Notes under the pieces: model-generated
Databases searched by the model: none
Told to the model about the DNA's origin: nothing
What the model saw: only the letters and a program-made list of their open reading frames with translations
Part shown: positions 41,141 through 55,130 of the stretch, piece by piece
How positions within the stretch are numbered: the first letter of the stretch is position 1
Layout: each line of letters begins with the position of its first letter
Assembly: GCA_951406725.2 (NCBI GenBank)
Contig: OX597817.1
Location: 125,426,001 to 125,490,000 of the forward strand
Direction of reading: 5' to 3'
Length of the DNA stretch: 64,000 nt
DNA from: Octopus vulgaris
Taxonomy: Eukaryota
Made by a program: the position numbers and the translations under genes

Positions 41141-43664
41141 AATGACTAACTTCATCCTCCAATTCGTGGGTTTGTGCCCAGAAATTATGCAATGTCCCTA
41201 CCTTTTAAAGTGTAGTAAAATCAAGCATTATGATTTAAATATTTTTGTCCATAGGTTAACAGAGAACAACAATGTTGACTCATTGACCATTCTACCAGTA
41301 GCTTCATGTAGCTATCCACAACATAGGATCATGGAACACATTTTCATTGAATTTTGGGAAACACTAAAAAATATTTCAAGTTTGGAGAAGAAAACAAAAC
41401 CAAGAAAGAATGTAAAAAATTGAAAACACTTCCCATTCTCAAGAAGATATTTTATGTCAACAGATTTCAATTATTAATACATTCACATCACAAATTTACT
41501 TTATGAATGTCATATCTTTTTTCCATTTTTTCTATCTCACTAATAATTAAACAGGAAGTTATTATAAAAACGACAGTTTATAAATATGTCAGCAAATGCT
41601 TCATAAAACTCCGTCAAAATTTAAAAGTTATAATTAGGCAATTTTTTTTTTATTGATCTCTAAACTTTAAACGTGGACTTTATTATGAGGTAAAATTAGT
41701 GTTTATTGACTTATAAAAAGAAAAATCTAAAACTTCTCTACACTTTTCAGTTAAATTGATTATCATTACTGACCAGAAATTGACTTTAGTTTTATATAAA
41801 ATTAGCTTTGTAACTAAAATTAAACTATAAATTATATATATATATATATATTCATAAACTATGAATTATATATATATCTATATATATATGTGTGTGTTTT
41901 CATAAACTATAAAGTACTTTTCTCATTCATATATACATACTTGTCTGTGTACAATAGAGTTCTATTTGTAAATGTCTATATCTGCATAGTGTTAAAAGCA
42001 AATTTTTTTTATAATTGTATATTTTATCCAACAGCTAACACCCTTGCTTGTCTCAGTCTGCAAGTAGCTGTGTAACTGTGTAGTAGGCCAACTCTTAAGT
42101 AACCTAACAGCCATTGAGATTTGACATCTTATAGTCTGTTAGGATAAAACTAATAGCATTGAAATGCAAATTTTCGATTTTAGGTAACAGCTAGAGTGAA
42201 CATTTATTAAAAGGGTGATACAGTTCACTATTTTTAAATAGACGTGATTTATATAAAATAAATTGAAGGCATAGTGTTTAGATAAAATGGAAATACTGTT
42301 CAGGAAAAAGAACATTTGTCACTACAAGTGTTTAATGTAGAAGCAGTAAAGTATTTAATGCTTGGAAATTGGAAGAAAATGTCTACTTTTACGAAGTGTT
42401 TTTAATATTTTAAGTTAATGTATGTTGTAGTTGTATATATTCATTTAGTTGATAACTTTTGTCTGATTTTTTTTTCCATGCTAGTATATGCTAGATGAAG
42501 ATTTAATGAAGCAATATTTTATGTTCAAATGTTCTGTCGCTAACTTCAATCTATTTTTAGACTAAAGATTCTTTTTTTATATTTTTATTCAACAAATGCA
42601 TGTCATAAGTGCAGAACCATAAGATATTACTTACAGGGGGTATAAATACGACATTACTATTGTTGCTGAAATGGTGTCATGGCAATAAACTTGGAATATA
42701 AATATTCACATACATACACATATACACACATATATGTATATATACCTTTCATTATCATCACTAGTATTTTTATATCTACATTCTCATGCTTGTATGGGCT
42801 GGATACTTCTTGCTGTTTGCTGTATTCCTTTACCATGTTCCTTGTAGTTTTTAAATCTATAAGTTATGGTTAGACTATATTTCACTGATGTGATCGAATA
42901 TGGCTAAAACATCTCTGTAATTGTCATTGAACTACTGAAGATTAAATTTACACTTTATTGCTTTCCATGTTTAATCAATTTGAATATCGAGGTTGTTTCC
43001 GTTACTATTTTTAACCAGAATTAGTCATGTAGATAATGATTGTTCTTATCTCTGATGGTATAAATTTAAGTAATGAAGATGTTTTGATTAATCAGGTATG
43101 CTAGCACTTACTTTATGATTGTTTATCTTGGCCTTCTTTTGCCAGCAATGATTTTATTGGTACAAGACCATGTCATTTTTTTACGAAATCATTCAGTAAA
43201 CCATGTTAATTTTATAATATCTTAAAATCAGATGGAACATCAATGCCTGTAACATTTTATTGAGCCTCCATGACTAGTGGAGGAGAGGAAGAAGATATCT
43301 TCAACTAGAGACTTGGCCTGGATGCTTGCAACCAAGCACACTCTGCTAAAGCTACCCAAGGTGCCAAATAGGTGTTAAACCATGCAACAAATTAAGTCTA
43401 CCATCATGTAGGCTGAGGCAAAATTTGAACTCAGGAGGAGAAATACTGTAAGGTTTCATATCTGGCATTTCTAGAGTTCCACCAATCTATCACCATGCTA
43501 CTTTAACACCATGATACTTTTTTTTATTGATTTTGAATTGAGGAAAAGTGAAGCTGCCCTCTACAGGAGTTGAACAAAGAATGCAAAGATGTGGACCAAT
43601 ATGACGAAGCATTCTACACATTGACACCTTTAGTGCACAGCTAATTTCACTTGTACTCTGCCAA

Positions 43665-44840
43665 TAGGTTGGAAAGAAAGTTGCATCGCATTAAAAAAAT
43701 GGAAAAGAAACAAATGCTTTTTTGGTATTAAATGATATATTTAATCACGATAATATTTCCCCTCATTATTGATAGCACAATCGCACCTATTTAGGAAATT
43801 GTTAATAGTCTTATATAAATTCTTTAAGTTTTGAAGCAAAGAAATACTCAATATCATTTTTAATCTCTTCACAGTTAAGTAAAAGTTTTGTTTGTAAATA
43901 ATCTAGCAATGATATGAAAAGATGACATTCAAATGGACCAAAGGGAAGATAGTAAGGAGGATGTGGCAACACTTCCTTATTTAGTGCCATAATCTTGTCC
44001 TGAATACCTTGGGCAATATATATTCCTGCATCATTGTGTAAGAGCAACAAAATTTTATGACTGACCAATGAAGGGTACTTTTTTGGCAAATTTTTGTGCA
44101 ATGCTTCAAACTGATTAACACTTTATGATGTACAGCAACCTTTATAGCCCATCAAAAAGAGCATGACATTTTACAGGAGTAGTCCTCATTTAAGGATGAA
44201 TTATTCTTGTTTATTAGGTGCCGACCATTGTCATTTGTATTGGATATGATTGTGGAAAACCCACTTTTTATCACTTATGATGAGTCTACCCATGTAGCAA
44301 GATCATTCTTCAGTGATGAACAGAGGACAACTCTTTGATTGTGCAGAGAAACAGTTAGACGATGTTTAAACATTTATACTATGTCATGAAGGGTGTTTTA
44401 TGATCAAAGTTTAGCTGAAATTGTACTGTTTTGTCTATCCTCATGTAATTTGGTTTGGATTTTCCAAAATTATTGTTTTCAAAAGTTCAATATTGACAGA
44501 ACTTCATCATCCAGATCAAGGAGAAACTGTGACAAAAAGATATTCTGAGCAAAACTCGCCAAACCATCGTTGGTATGTCCAGATATTTAAAGCTTCATTT
44601 CCATAGACAGAACATGTGTTTCTTGTCACTTCTATACGCAGTATCTGATATGGATCTAATTTAAGCTCATTTTAAAGCATTAAAATCAATACAAATTTAA
44701 CCACTATTGTAGAAAATAATCTGCAAAGGAAGGAAAAGACACTAAAATTTTAAAATTAATGTTTATTTTACAATTAGCATTGTAGAAATATCCTCAAATG
44801 GATAGTATGAAAAATGTGATAGGACTTCCTTTCCAACTTA
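43665..44840 (-). mobile_element. Near full-length decayed mariner transposon with both TIRs
   Basis: TIRs: TAGGTTGGAAAGAAAGTTGCATCGCATT on the left; on the right, reading inward on the minus strand, TAAGTTGGAAAGGAAGTCCTATCACATT. Minus-strand fragments are QRWFGEFCS, LIISDKKWVFHN and LLLHNDAG..EVLPHPPY..HLFISL (ORF 43811-44101). Confidence 0.85.
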
Positions 44841-44939
44841 AAACATATATAGCCTGTTTGCATACATGTTAACATGACAAATACACACCTAATACATACT
44901 TCTATTTGTTACAGCATAGCCTGGATTCTTTCTGTCATA

Positions 44940-45900
44940 ATGAGCACTGACATGGCTCTATCTATCCCACAATATCCATTCTGATATGCCTCGAGGTATA
45001 TTCTTATTATCTTCCTACCACCAGTAAAGCTTTCTCCCATACCCAATGGCTTACAATAACATGTTTGCTTTCACTTCTAACAATGATCATTCCTGTGTAT
45101 ATATTACCATTCTTTTGACTCCCACATATAGATGTCCTCCACATGCATCCTAGACATCACATACCTATCTCTAGTAACAGAGATCTTAAAAGCATCCACT
45201 GACAATCTAGTATCTTTCAATAATACGAAATCACATTCTCTGATTGCATCAAGAAACAATTTTGTACTGTAATCTCTCAGGTCTTAGACAACATGCAATT
45301 AAAATGCTGAAAATCACTTAAATGCTGGCTTTTAAATCTTTGATAATCTTTGCAAGTGATTTCCCATACATAATGTAGTAAAGTCTGCATCTTAACATTT
45401 AATGTTTCTCTTGAGAATGAGTAGCTGACTTTCTACTAAGCTCATGTAAAAACCATACTGCTATACTATTCCCACAGTGCTTTTGCTATACACATCTACA
45501 TTGCTCCCATAAGATCTAATAAAGCTGGAATATGTCCAAAGTTATCATTATACTGCTACCGATCAAACTTACTACCCGTTACTGTATTCTGTATTTAATT
45601 AACTTTAAATAAAATACTGAAATTGTCCCTCCCTTTTTGACTAAAATTAATTATGCTGTTTTATCTCTAGCCTATCAGAGACAATTAAAGAAGTCTTTAA
45701 TTGTCTCTGCTTCTCTGAATTAGTAAGTTGCTCACAGGTTCCATACAAGTTCATCCAAAACACGTGTCTATTGTTTCTCTCCATGTCCCTATTATTTCTC
45801 ATAATCCAAGGTATGTACAAACCACTTCCCTTGTCTGGAATTCCTACCTTCCTATGTTTTTCTGAAGATATGAAACTATATTTTTAAAGTGAATATAAGC
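44940..45900 (+). pseudogene. Very old CR1/L2-like LINE remnant
   Basis: Only faint motif echoes: DMPRG (cf. GVPQG), AHVKTILLYYSH (cf. YKAQVRPxMEYCSH) and LVWNS.LP. Confidence 0.3.
45676..45709. repeat. Perfect 16-bp inverted repeat with 2-nt spacer
   Basis: CAGAGACAATTAAAGA-AG-TCTTTAATTGTCTCTG. Confidence 0.85.
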
Positions 45901-46397
45901 ATTTTCCTGACAAGTCCATGAAAGCATGTGAAATACAGTTCTAATTATGTCATTAAAAGTAAAAATTTCCACAAATCCCTCTTCACCCATTTATCCCTAA
46001 ATTTTACTGAAAACGTCTTTGAGATCTACCTTTAATGACTGTTTCATACTTTGAACCTTGAAGTATCAAAGTAATAATGTGCAAATGTACTTCAAGCCAA
46101 CCTTGAAGTATTAAAGTAATATTGTGCAAAGATAGACAATGATTCTAAATGATACACAATCTAAAAGTATTAATTTAAATGTATTACTTGGTAAACTCTT
46201 TAGTAGTGATAGCTATTTTCATAAGGAAAACATTGCATGTTTTCAATCCAGAATATAGTAATTACACTTCTTTTATACCAGAAAATATTGAAGGATATTG
46301 CCAAAATGGTAGCACCTCAGAAGAAAAGTTTTACCATAATTAATCCATTCATCTTGTTCAGTATATTTGTGGTTAATTTTGTCTTGCATTCTTGCTG

Positions 46398-46667
46398 GAG
46401 TAAAGTAATAAAATCCAGGTGGTTTTTGAAGAGCATAGCAAAATTGATAGTGGAAACAGAATATAAAGAGGCAAGTGAATCAATTGTCTGTTATTTGTAT
46501 CAAACATGGAGGAATCATGATGATGATGATCATCATCATCATCATGATTCTTCCATGTTTGATACAAATAACAGACAGCAATTAATTCATTTGCTTATTC
46601 ATATTCTATTTCCATTATTAATTTTGCTACCCACTTCAGAAACGGATTCGTTTTTGTTAATTTACTG
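46398..46667. repeat. Spacerless ~270-bp palindrome centred on a (GAT)n/(ATC)n switch
   Basis: TAGCAAAATT...TGTCTGTTATTTGTATCAAACATGGAGGAATCATGATGATGAT is mirrored by CATCATCATGATTCTTCCATGTTTGATACAAATAACAGACA...AATTTTGCTA. The centre is near 46529/46530. Confidence 0.85.
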
Positions 46668-47736
46668 GGACCACAGATAGAAATGTGTTTAGTTATGGGA
46701 TAGTCATAATTAATTAGCTCTCACCAGAGAAAAACTGATATTTATTTTATTAATTTTTTCTTAGTGGTGAAATGCTGAGTTGAAATATCCTAGTTTAATA
46801 TTTACCTAAGAACTTAAAAGATCAGAAGCTAGATATAATCATTAATTTTATTCTCAGTTATATTATCTGCCATGTCTTGTAACATTGAACTCATACATTA
46901 TCCATGGATTTGCATATAGAATTAAAGTTTTTAAAAATACTATAGCTATTGAAATAGAAGAGGGAACCATACAGTGAGATGCAACATATCTGAAATTGTA
47001 TACTTAGCACTATCGTCTATGTATTATCTATGAGATTAGTGTGCAGGAATATAGAAAAGCTGACATTAATCAAGGTTTGAGTCTAGCATTTATGAATATC
47101 AATGCACTTATGAAAGTAAGGTCTCTGAGAAATTAAGGTACTTCATATACCAACTCACTTTTATAAATTTATCAAAATAAATAATTGATGTCTTCTGAGG
47201 TTTCTTGTTAAGGAGTGTGTAGTCTTACTTTAAAACATCAAAATTTTCTTATGTACATATTCTATCCACTAAAATTTCTCATGGAGTATGTTAAGATTTA
47301 TTATAAATCAAGGTCAATTGCCACTATAACACTTCAAATAAAGATTTTAATGTAATGTTGTATGCATCTGCTTAAAGACTTTTCTTCCTGTAAATATTGA
47401 ATTTAATTTACAATACTGGACATAAGTAGAAATGTCAGTTTTGCTAGAAACATACATATTATTTTGAAGATAACATAGAACAGGTAATAGAGCAGAAACA
47501 AATTATAGTATCCAAATTGAGAAATACCAAATTTTCTATAGCTTTATCACTAATGCAGCTGCTTAGACAATGATAGGCATATAGCAGAAGTCCTATTTTG
47601 GGGTTTGTTTCTTGTTTCTGTCTCAAGGAGGGATTTATATCTATCACTTTTTCATATGTATGCATATGGGCTCTCAGTAATATAATCATTGCACACTCAT
47701 CATCACACTGGTGAAAACTTTAGTGGGTAGAATAAC

Positions 47737-48215
47737 TACAAGTTGGTATTAAAAGGTACCTGGACTAGTTATGTTTAATAAAAGATAACTTATTTACCTA
47801 TGTTTTAATATAATTTTCTTCACAATAGTCACCTTGTGCGGCAATACACTGGTTCCAGCATTCCTGCCACTTTTGGAATCCAGCCTGGAAGTTATTGCCC
47901 ATGAGCGAGCCAAGAATCTTCTGTGATTCACTCTCGATCTTGACAATGGCATTAAAACAGCGATCTTTAAGCTGCATTTTTATCTTGGGGAAGAAATGGA
48001 AGTCTGCAGGTGCTAAATCTGGCAAATAGGGTGGGTGTGGAAGTGATACCATGTTGTTTTTATGTGAGGAACATACAAGGGAAGAGGGCTTGGTGACAGG
48101 GTGCATTGTTGAGAAGAATCCAATTCCTCGTGCTCCACAGATCCAGTTGCTTTCACTGAATGTCCTTCCTCAAACGTTTCAATATGTTGCACTACAGAAC
48201 TAGTCCAGGAAGTGT
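47737..48215 (-). mobile_element. Internally deleted mariner element
   Basis: ORF 47798-48106 reads LPHPPYLPDLAPADFHFFPKIK..FQKWQECWNQCIAAQGDY. The TIR core CCTGGACTAGTT near 47759 is inverted near 48198-48209. Confidence 0.8.
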
Positions 48216-48231
48216 ATATATATGTATATAT

Positions 48232-50191
48232 ATTGACTATATCCTCGCCAGAAAAAGGGAAAGAGGGCTGCTTATAAAAGCCAAAACCTTCCCAGGTGAA
48301 GAATGTATCCCTCAACATAGATTAGTAGTTAGCGACTTCAGGATCAAGGCTGAATGGATGCCCAGAAGAAGACCAGCCTGGAAGAGAAGGGTCTGGAAGC
48401 TTAAAGATCCTGCAAATGGGCAGAGATTTAGAAACATATTACTCGAAGCCTTTGATGAAATAGAAGGTGATATAGCATCACATAATGTGGAAGACAACTG
48501 GAGGTTTCTACAGGACAACCTGCTGAGAGCAGTGCAAGACATGTACAGGGACGCTGTAAGTAATTCAAGGTAGAGGTTGGGGTCCACCAGGGTTCAGTCC
48601 TCAGCCCCCTCCTATTTATCATAGTCCTCCAGGCAATTACGGAGGAATTCAAGACAGGATGCCCCTGGGAGCTCCTCTATGCTGACGACCTTGCTCTAAT
48701 TGCTGAGTCACTATCAGAACTGGAGGAGAAGATTCAGATGTGGAAGAAAGGATTAGAATCGAAGGGCCTTAGAGTCAACCTAGCTAAAACCAAAGTCCTA
48801 ATAAGTAGGAAGGTAGACAAACCACAAACGCCTTCAGGTAGATGGCTCTGCTCGATCTGTAGAAAAGGCGTAGGTAGAAACTCTATAAGATGTACCCAGT
48901 GTAAGCTATGGACACATAAGAGGTGCAGCAATGTCAAAGGAAGGCTAACTGGAAAGATAGCTTTTGTATGTGGCAGATGCTCAGGAGCAATAAACACTGA
49001 AAATCTGCAGAAAACATCTTCCGTCACTTTCCAGGGGGAAGATCTAGAAGTAGTTGATAGCTTCCGTTATCTAAGTGACCAAGTCAGTAGCGGGGGTGGG
49101 TGTGCTGAAAGTATAACTGCTAGAGAAAGAATAGCCTGGGCAAAGTTGAGGGAGCTCTTACTTCTGCTGGTGACTAAAGGCCTCTTGTTCAGAGTAAAAG
49201 GCAGACTGTATGATGCATGTGTACGAACAGCCATGCTACATGGCAGTGAAACATAGGCCGTGACTGCTGAGGACATGCGTAAGCTCACGAGGAATGAAGC
49301 CAGTATGCTCCGATGGATGTGTAATATCAGTGTACATACTCGACAGAGTATAAGTACCTTGAGAGAAATGTTGGACCTAAGAAGCATCAGCTGTGGTGTG
49401 CAAGAGAGACGATTGCACTGGTATGGTCATGTGGCGAGAATGGATGAAGATAGGTGTGGGAAAAAGTGCCAATCCCTAGCAGTTGAGAGAACCCATGGAA
49501 GAGGTAGACCCAGGAAAACCTGGGATGAGGTGGTGAAGCACGACCTTTGAACTTTAGGCTTCACCAACGCAATGACTAGTGACCGAGACCTTTGGAAATA
49601 TGCTGTGCGTGAGAAGACCCGGCAGGACAAGTGAATCCATCCCAGCCAGCCCACTTATGCATGCCTTTCCTTCCCTTGGACACACAAAGACCTGTTGAGG
49701 CAAGCGAAGTCGAAATCGAACCTCATCCGACGACGGGCACCCATGCCAACCTCCCTTCATTGGACACTAAACTCTGCTTGCGAAGACCTGTTGGGGCAAG
49801 TGAAATCGGAATCGAAATTGAACCAATCCTATGACTGGCACCCAGCAGTTGCCAGGGCCGCTGGACTGACTCGTGTGCAGGTGGCAAGTAAAGAAATGCC
49901 GTTTCGACCCTGTGCTTGAGGAGATCCATTAAGTCAAGTACACCAGCATCAAAAATCAAAGGAAACTGCAGTTGTGATCCCTGTGCCGGTGGCACGTAAA
50001 AAGCACCCACTACACTCACGGAGTGGTTGGCGTTAGGAAGGGCATTCAGCTGTAGAAACACTGTCACATCAGACTGGAGCCTGGTGCAGCCTTCTGGCTT
50101 CCCAGATCCTCGGTCAAACCGCCCAACCCATGCTAGAATGGAGAACGGACGTTAAACGATGAAGATGATGATGATGATGATGATGATGATG
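48232..50191 (+). mobile_element. RTE-clade LINE, internally deleted: APE C-terminus, RT with PHD finger, 3' UTR, (GAT)n tail
   Basis: IDYILARKR..QHRLVVSDF (APE); GVHQGSVLSPLLF and LLYADDLALI (RT); CSIC..CTQC..H..C..CGRC (PHD); then GSET, RLHWYGHVARM and GRGRPRKTW. Closely similar to 14271-15550. Confidence 0.93.
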
Positions 50192-50243
50192 ATATATATA
50201 TATATATGTATGTATGTATGTATGTATGAATGTATGTATGTAT

Positions 50244-50790
50244 GCATACCTTTCCTTCATTGGACACTAAACTCTTGTGAAGACCTGTTGAGGCAAATGA
50301 AATCGAAATCAAATTCGATGACTGGCATCCGTGCTAGTGGAGCGTTAAGAGCACCATCTGAGTGTGATCATTGCCAGAACGGCTAACTGGCTTCGATGCT
50401 GGTAGCACGTAAAAAGCACCATTTGAGCGTGATCGTTATCAGTGTCACCTTACTGGCACTTGTGGCCGGTGGCACCTGAAAAACTTTCGAGTGAGGTCGT
50501 TGCCAGTGCCACTGGACTGGCTCCTGTGCAGGTGGCACATTAAAAATCACCTTTTGAGCATGGTCGTTGCCAGTACCGCCTGACTGGCCCTCGTGCTGGT
50601 TGCACGTAAAAGCACCCACTACACTCTCAGAGTGGTTGGCGTAAAGAAGGGCATCTGGTTATAGAAACTCTGCCTGATTAAGATTGGAGCCTGGTGCAGC
50701 CATCTGGTTCGCCAGTCCTCAGTCAAATCGTCCAACCCATGCTAGCATGGAAAGCAGACGTTAAACCCTGATGATGATGATGATGATGAT
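50244..50790 (+). mobile_element. RTE 3'-UTR fragment with internal GGTGGCACGTAAAAAGCACC-like repeats
   Basis: Homologous to 49690-50190 and ends in (GAT)n. Confidence 0.8.
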
Positions 50791-53417
50791 ATGTGTTAAT
50801 ATCTGTGTTTCTGTTTATGGTCTAAATACCAGGTGTTTTTTTTTTCATGCGCCATAACTTTGCATGTCAAAAAATAGATATCAATAAAAACTTTTCTAAC
50901 TCAAATAAGCATAAGGCTTGATATAACTGATAGTGTCACAGTATAGTATGACTGGAAGCTGTGAAAGAATAAAAGAAAAGTTAGCATTCTTCATAATAAA
51001 TTTTAGTTTCACTTACCATGGTATCTGTTTACACCACACTAATTTATCTATGTTTATCATGTTCCCTGGTTCCTTTTGATGGTCTGGATGGTTTTGTGGC
51101 ATGCAAGATAAAACTTTCATCTCTGCTTTTTCATGATGGAGGTCCACTCACTGAAAAGTTGAAACTTCCTTTGTAATTTTCCTTGTAGTGTGAAATACCT
51201 TATACATTTGTTTATTTTATTTTTTATTTGTTCCATTATCCTCTTGAATATATTACACACAGATGCACATTTTGGCTCTAAGTACTTTGGACTGAGCTAA
51301 TGTCAGTTATATATCTTGGATATGGATGCTACACATCAGTTATTGGTTATGATCCATTGAATCTTTGGTTGACTGCCTAGCACCCAACTGCTTTTTAACA
51401 CAGGCATAAAACAGAAAAAATAGGAGAGATTCAATGAAACCCATTGTCTGACTGCTAGTTTATTTTATCAATACTACATGGATGAGAAATAAAGTCTATC
51501 TCAGAGAGATTTGACCAGAGAACATAAAGGGATATAACTGACTATTGATGTTCTTTTAACACTGACACAAGGCTGGCTACACATTTTTGATTTGCAGAAT
51601 ACATTAACTAACCTGAGTACTTAGCTGCCACTTTATTGCTTTAACTATAAGAATACTGAAATGCTAATATGATTTCATCAAGGATTGAAATCAGAAAGTA
51701 AATATTGCAAGGCAATTCTCAGATATTGCTGATTCAGTCACCAATGATTTTTATTAGGGAAAATTAAACTTGAAGGAAAATTAACACAGAAGATAGAATG
51801 ATTGATTCTTTACTTCGTTTAGTTTTGAAATGAAAATAGTTAAAAAAAAAATCATGATTAAGAAAAAAAATTAAATTATAAAGATAGTGAGGGAACAGAT
51901 ATATTTCAAAGAGGAAATTCAGAAAGAATTGGTTGAAAAAATAATTAGTACCCTGAAGGTGATTTCAACTAATAGGTTAATTGCTTTGAATTAATTCCAT
52001 CAATGGATGTTAAGGAGATATTTCATGGATATTAAATTATTGAAGCCTTTGGCTATTAAATCACATTTATATATTTTAAAAGAAACACTAGCAATTTGAT
52101 CACATTTTATTCATCTTCCTTTTTTACTCCCACCCCCCCCATTTTCCATTTATTAAAATTTGTCTTTAGAAAGAGAAGCAAATTGCCAAAAAAAAATGCA
52201 ATCATACAAAATCATAACATGAAACTTGAGTCATTGGGGACTTTCTCTTCATACTCTTTGTGATGATAATGATGATGATGGTTATTGTGGTTGCGATGGT
52301 GGTGGTGGTATGGTGGTGTTGAGGAGGAGGATGGTGACTATGATGATAATGATGATGATGATGATGATGATGATGATCATGATCATGATAATGATGATGA
52401 TGGTGATGATAAAGATGGTTTAATTTGTTTTAAGCATGTGAAGCCAAACATTAAAAAAACATGGGCAAGGAAGGCACAAGCAGGCATTAATATCAGAAAG
52501 GCATGTAAAGAAAAACATATGAAACCAATAAACTAAAAAACATATCAAAAATATTAAAAAATATAGCATTTAATAATGATATCAATATGGCATAGTTAAC
52601 GTTGAGTGTCTAGAATAACTATTATATTACAGTTGTAAAATTAAACCAAACTCATTTTCTTCAGTTTATTCTATAGGAAGTAATTGAATATTCTGAAATA
52701 TGTTTTTTACTTCAAAAGTGATTCATACGTTATTTTGTAAAATTCAAAAATTAATAAATTAATGTTTCAGTGTATCTGAAGTTTCCAAGTAGATGATAAA
52801 AATATGGGATTATTTTCTCATTATGTTCTATGAGGAATTTTGGATTTTGTCTCAGAGTAGGGCTTGTATTGCACGAAGCATTATTAGTTTTAGAAGTTTT
52901 CATATCACATGTATCAGCTATACAAGCAAACATATCTCAGTTTGGTTTAGTGAGAGAAAAACGATTTTTAAGTTTCCTTTCTGCGACGTTCCAGTTTCTG
53001 TGTTCTGAGTTCACATCCTTCTGACAGCAGTTTTATCTTTTGTCTTCTTGGATAAAAATGTTTTTGGAAAAAAACTACTTGTAAAATGTACTTGAATAAA
53101 AAGTATTAGTCGAAAGTAAGTAGATTGGTAGAACTTCAAAATGTTGGCCCAGATGCTTTGCGGTTTTTATTATTTAACTATTTTATTTGTCTCAGTCTTT
53201 AAACTGTGGCAATGCTGGGGCAACACCTTGCAAAGTTTAGTTGAACAAAACGATCACAGTTAATTTTTAAGCCTGTTACTTATTCTCTCTACCTCTTTTT
53301 GCTGAAATGCTAACTTATGGGACATAAACAAACCAATATCAGCTGTCAAGCAGAGGTGGGGGACAAATCCAAACACAAAGATACTCACACATATAATATA
53401 AATAATATATATATATA

Positions 53418-54010
53418 TCATCATCATCATCGTTTAACGTCTACTTTCCATGCTGGCATGGGTTGGACGATTTGACTGAGGGCTGGCGAACCAGATGGAT
53501 GCACCAGGCTCCAATCTTGATCTGGCAGAGTTTCTACAGCTGGATGCCCTTCCTAACGCCAACCACTCCGAGAGTGTAGTGGGTGCTTTTACGTGCCACT
53601 GGCACGGAAGCCAGTTAGCTGCTCTGGCAACAAGAACGCATGGATGGTGCTCTTAGCACCCCACTAGCATGGGGCACAAGTGCCAGTAAGTCGTCGCTAG
53701 TAACGATCACACTCGAATGGTGCCTTTTACGTTCCACTGGCATGAAAGCCAGTTAGTTGCTCTGTCGACCATCTCGTTCGCATTGTGCTCTTTGTGCCCC
53801 ACTAGCACGGATGCCGGTCATCGAATTTGATTTTGATTTCACTTGCCTCAACAGGTCTTTGCAAGCAGAGTTTAGTGTCCAAAGAAGGAAAGGTACACAT
53901 AAGTGGGCTGGTTACACCCCTGGCATAGGCCACGAGGTTATGGCCTCGTTTGGCTTGCCAGGTCTTCTCAAGCACAGCATATTTCCATAAGTCTCAGTCA
54001 CTAGTCATTT
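53418..54010 (-). mobile_element. RTE 3'-end fragment
   Basis: (CAT)n-CGTTTAACGTC..CCATGCTGGCATGGGTTGGACG on +, extending to the ORF end region (CAGCATATTTCC). Confidence 0.82.
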
Positions 54011-54035
54011 CGCATATATGGGAACAGGGCATCAC

Positions 54036-55057
54036 AAACTGTAAAAACAACATGAAGAACGAAAACAAACTAGCTAAGTATGCAAAAAAAGTGGGGAATG
54101 GAAAACAGGACAAGCAACACAAAGAACAACCCTTCATCAGTTTTTGGCTGTCTATCTACTCTACATTTCGTGCATTCAATGACAATATGAGTTTCCGATA
54201 ACAGTTTCTCCCATAAATTTCAAAATAAAATTTTGGATTTATGGATGGTCAAAGTTGGGAGCAAAAACAGGACAGTGAAGAAATACAAAGAACCCAAACG
54301 AAGACGAACATGGAGGTTCGTTAGACAAGAGCGAGAGGAAAATAGTGAATGCTGGGAGGAATATTTTCGTTGAAAGCAAAAAAAGATAGAAGAGAGAGAG
54401 AAGACGTTCAGTCCTTAGAACGTCGTGCAGGCAAAGAAAGATAGTCATGAGAGGAAAAGAGGAAAAAAAAGATGGACGATGATCACGTGTGAGCAACGAG
54501 AGAGAGACAGAAAAAGAGAGAGAGAAACAAAGAGAAAACGGTGAAGGGGAGAAAAGAGAATTAGAGAAGGATGGGGGAGAAACCAGTATAGAGAAGAGTC
54601 ACATCAAAAAAAGTCAAGATAAACTTAATTGGAAATGGATGTGTGTCATTCAATTAAATAATATATAAATAATATATATATGCATTTATGAGTACAGGAG
54701 GAAACCAACTATGTAAAGAACATGAAGTAGAAAAACACATAAGTTGAATATGCAAACAACGAGAGAAAAAATGGAAAACAGGACAAGCAACACAAAAAAA
54801 TGACCCTTCATTAGTTGTCGGCTGTCTATCTACTCCCCATTTTGAGCATTCAATGACAACATGAGTCTTCCAAAACAGTTGCTCCCATAAATTCCAAAAT
54901 AAAATTTTGTATTTATGGATGGTCAAATTGGGGAGACAGACTGCCAACAACTGATGAAAGGTCATTCTTTGTGTCACTTGTCCTGTTTTCCATTTTTTCT
55001 CTCATTGTTTGAGTATTTAACTCGCTTGTTTTCATACTTCATGTTGTCTACACAGTT

Positions 55058-55059
<2 letters not shown>
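54036..55059. mobile_element. Direct + inverted repeat module, pLTR-like arrangement
   Basis: Copy A (54036-54260) and copy B (54705-54934) are direct repeats. 54935-55059 is the reverse complement of 54705-54832, and (TA)n follows. Confidence 0.7.

Positions 55060-55130
<71 letters not shown>

Noticed and set aside
46237-46680. 147-aa ORF with a DDDDHHHHH motif
   Set aside because: It is a by-product of the palindrome, and a mirror ORF appears on the opposite strand.
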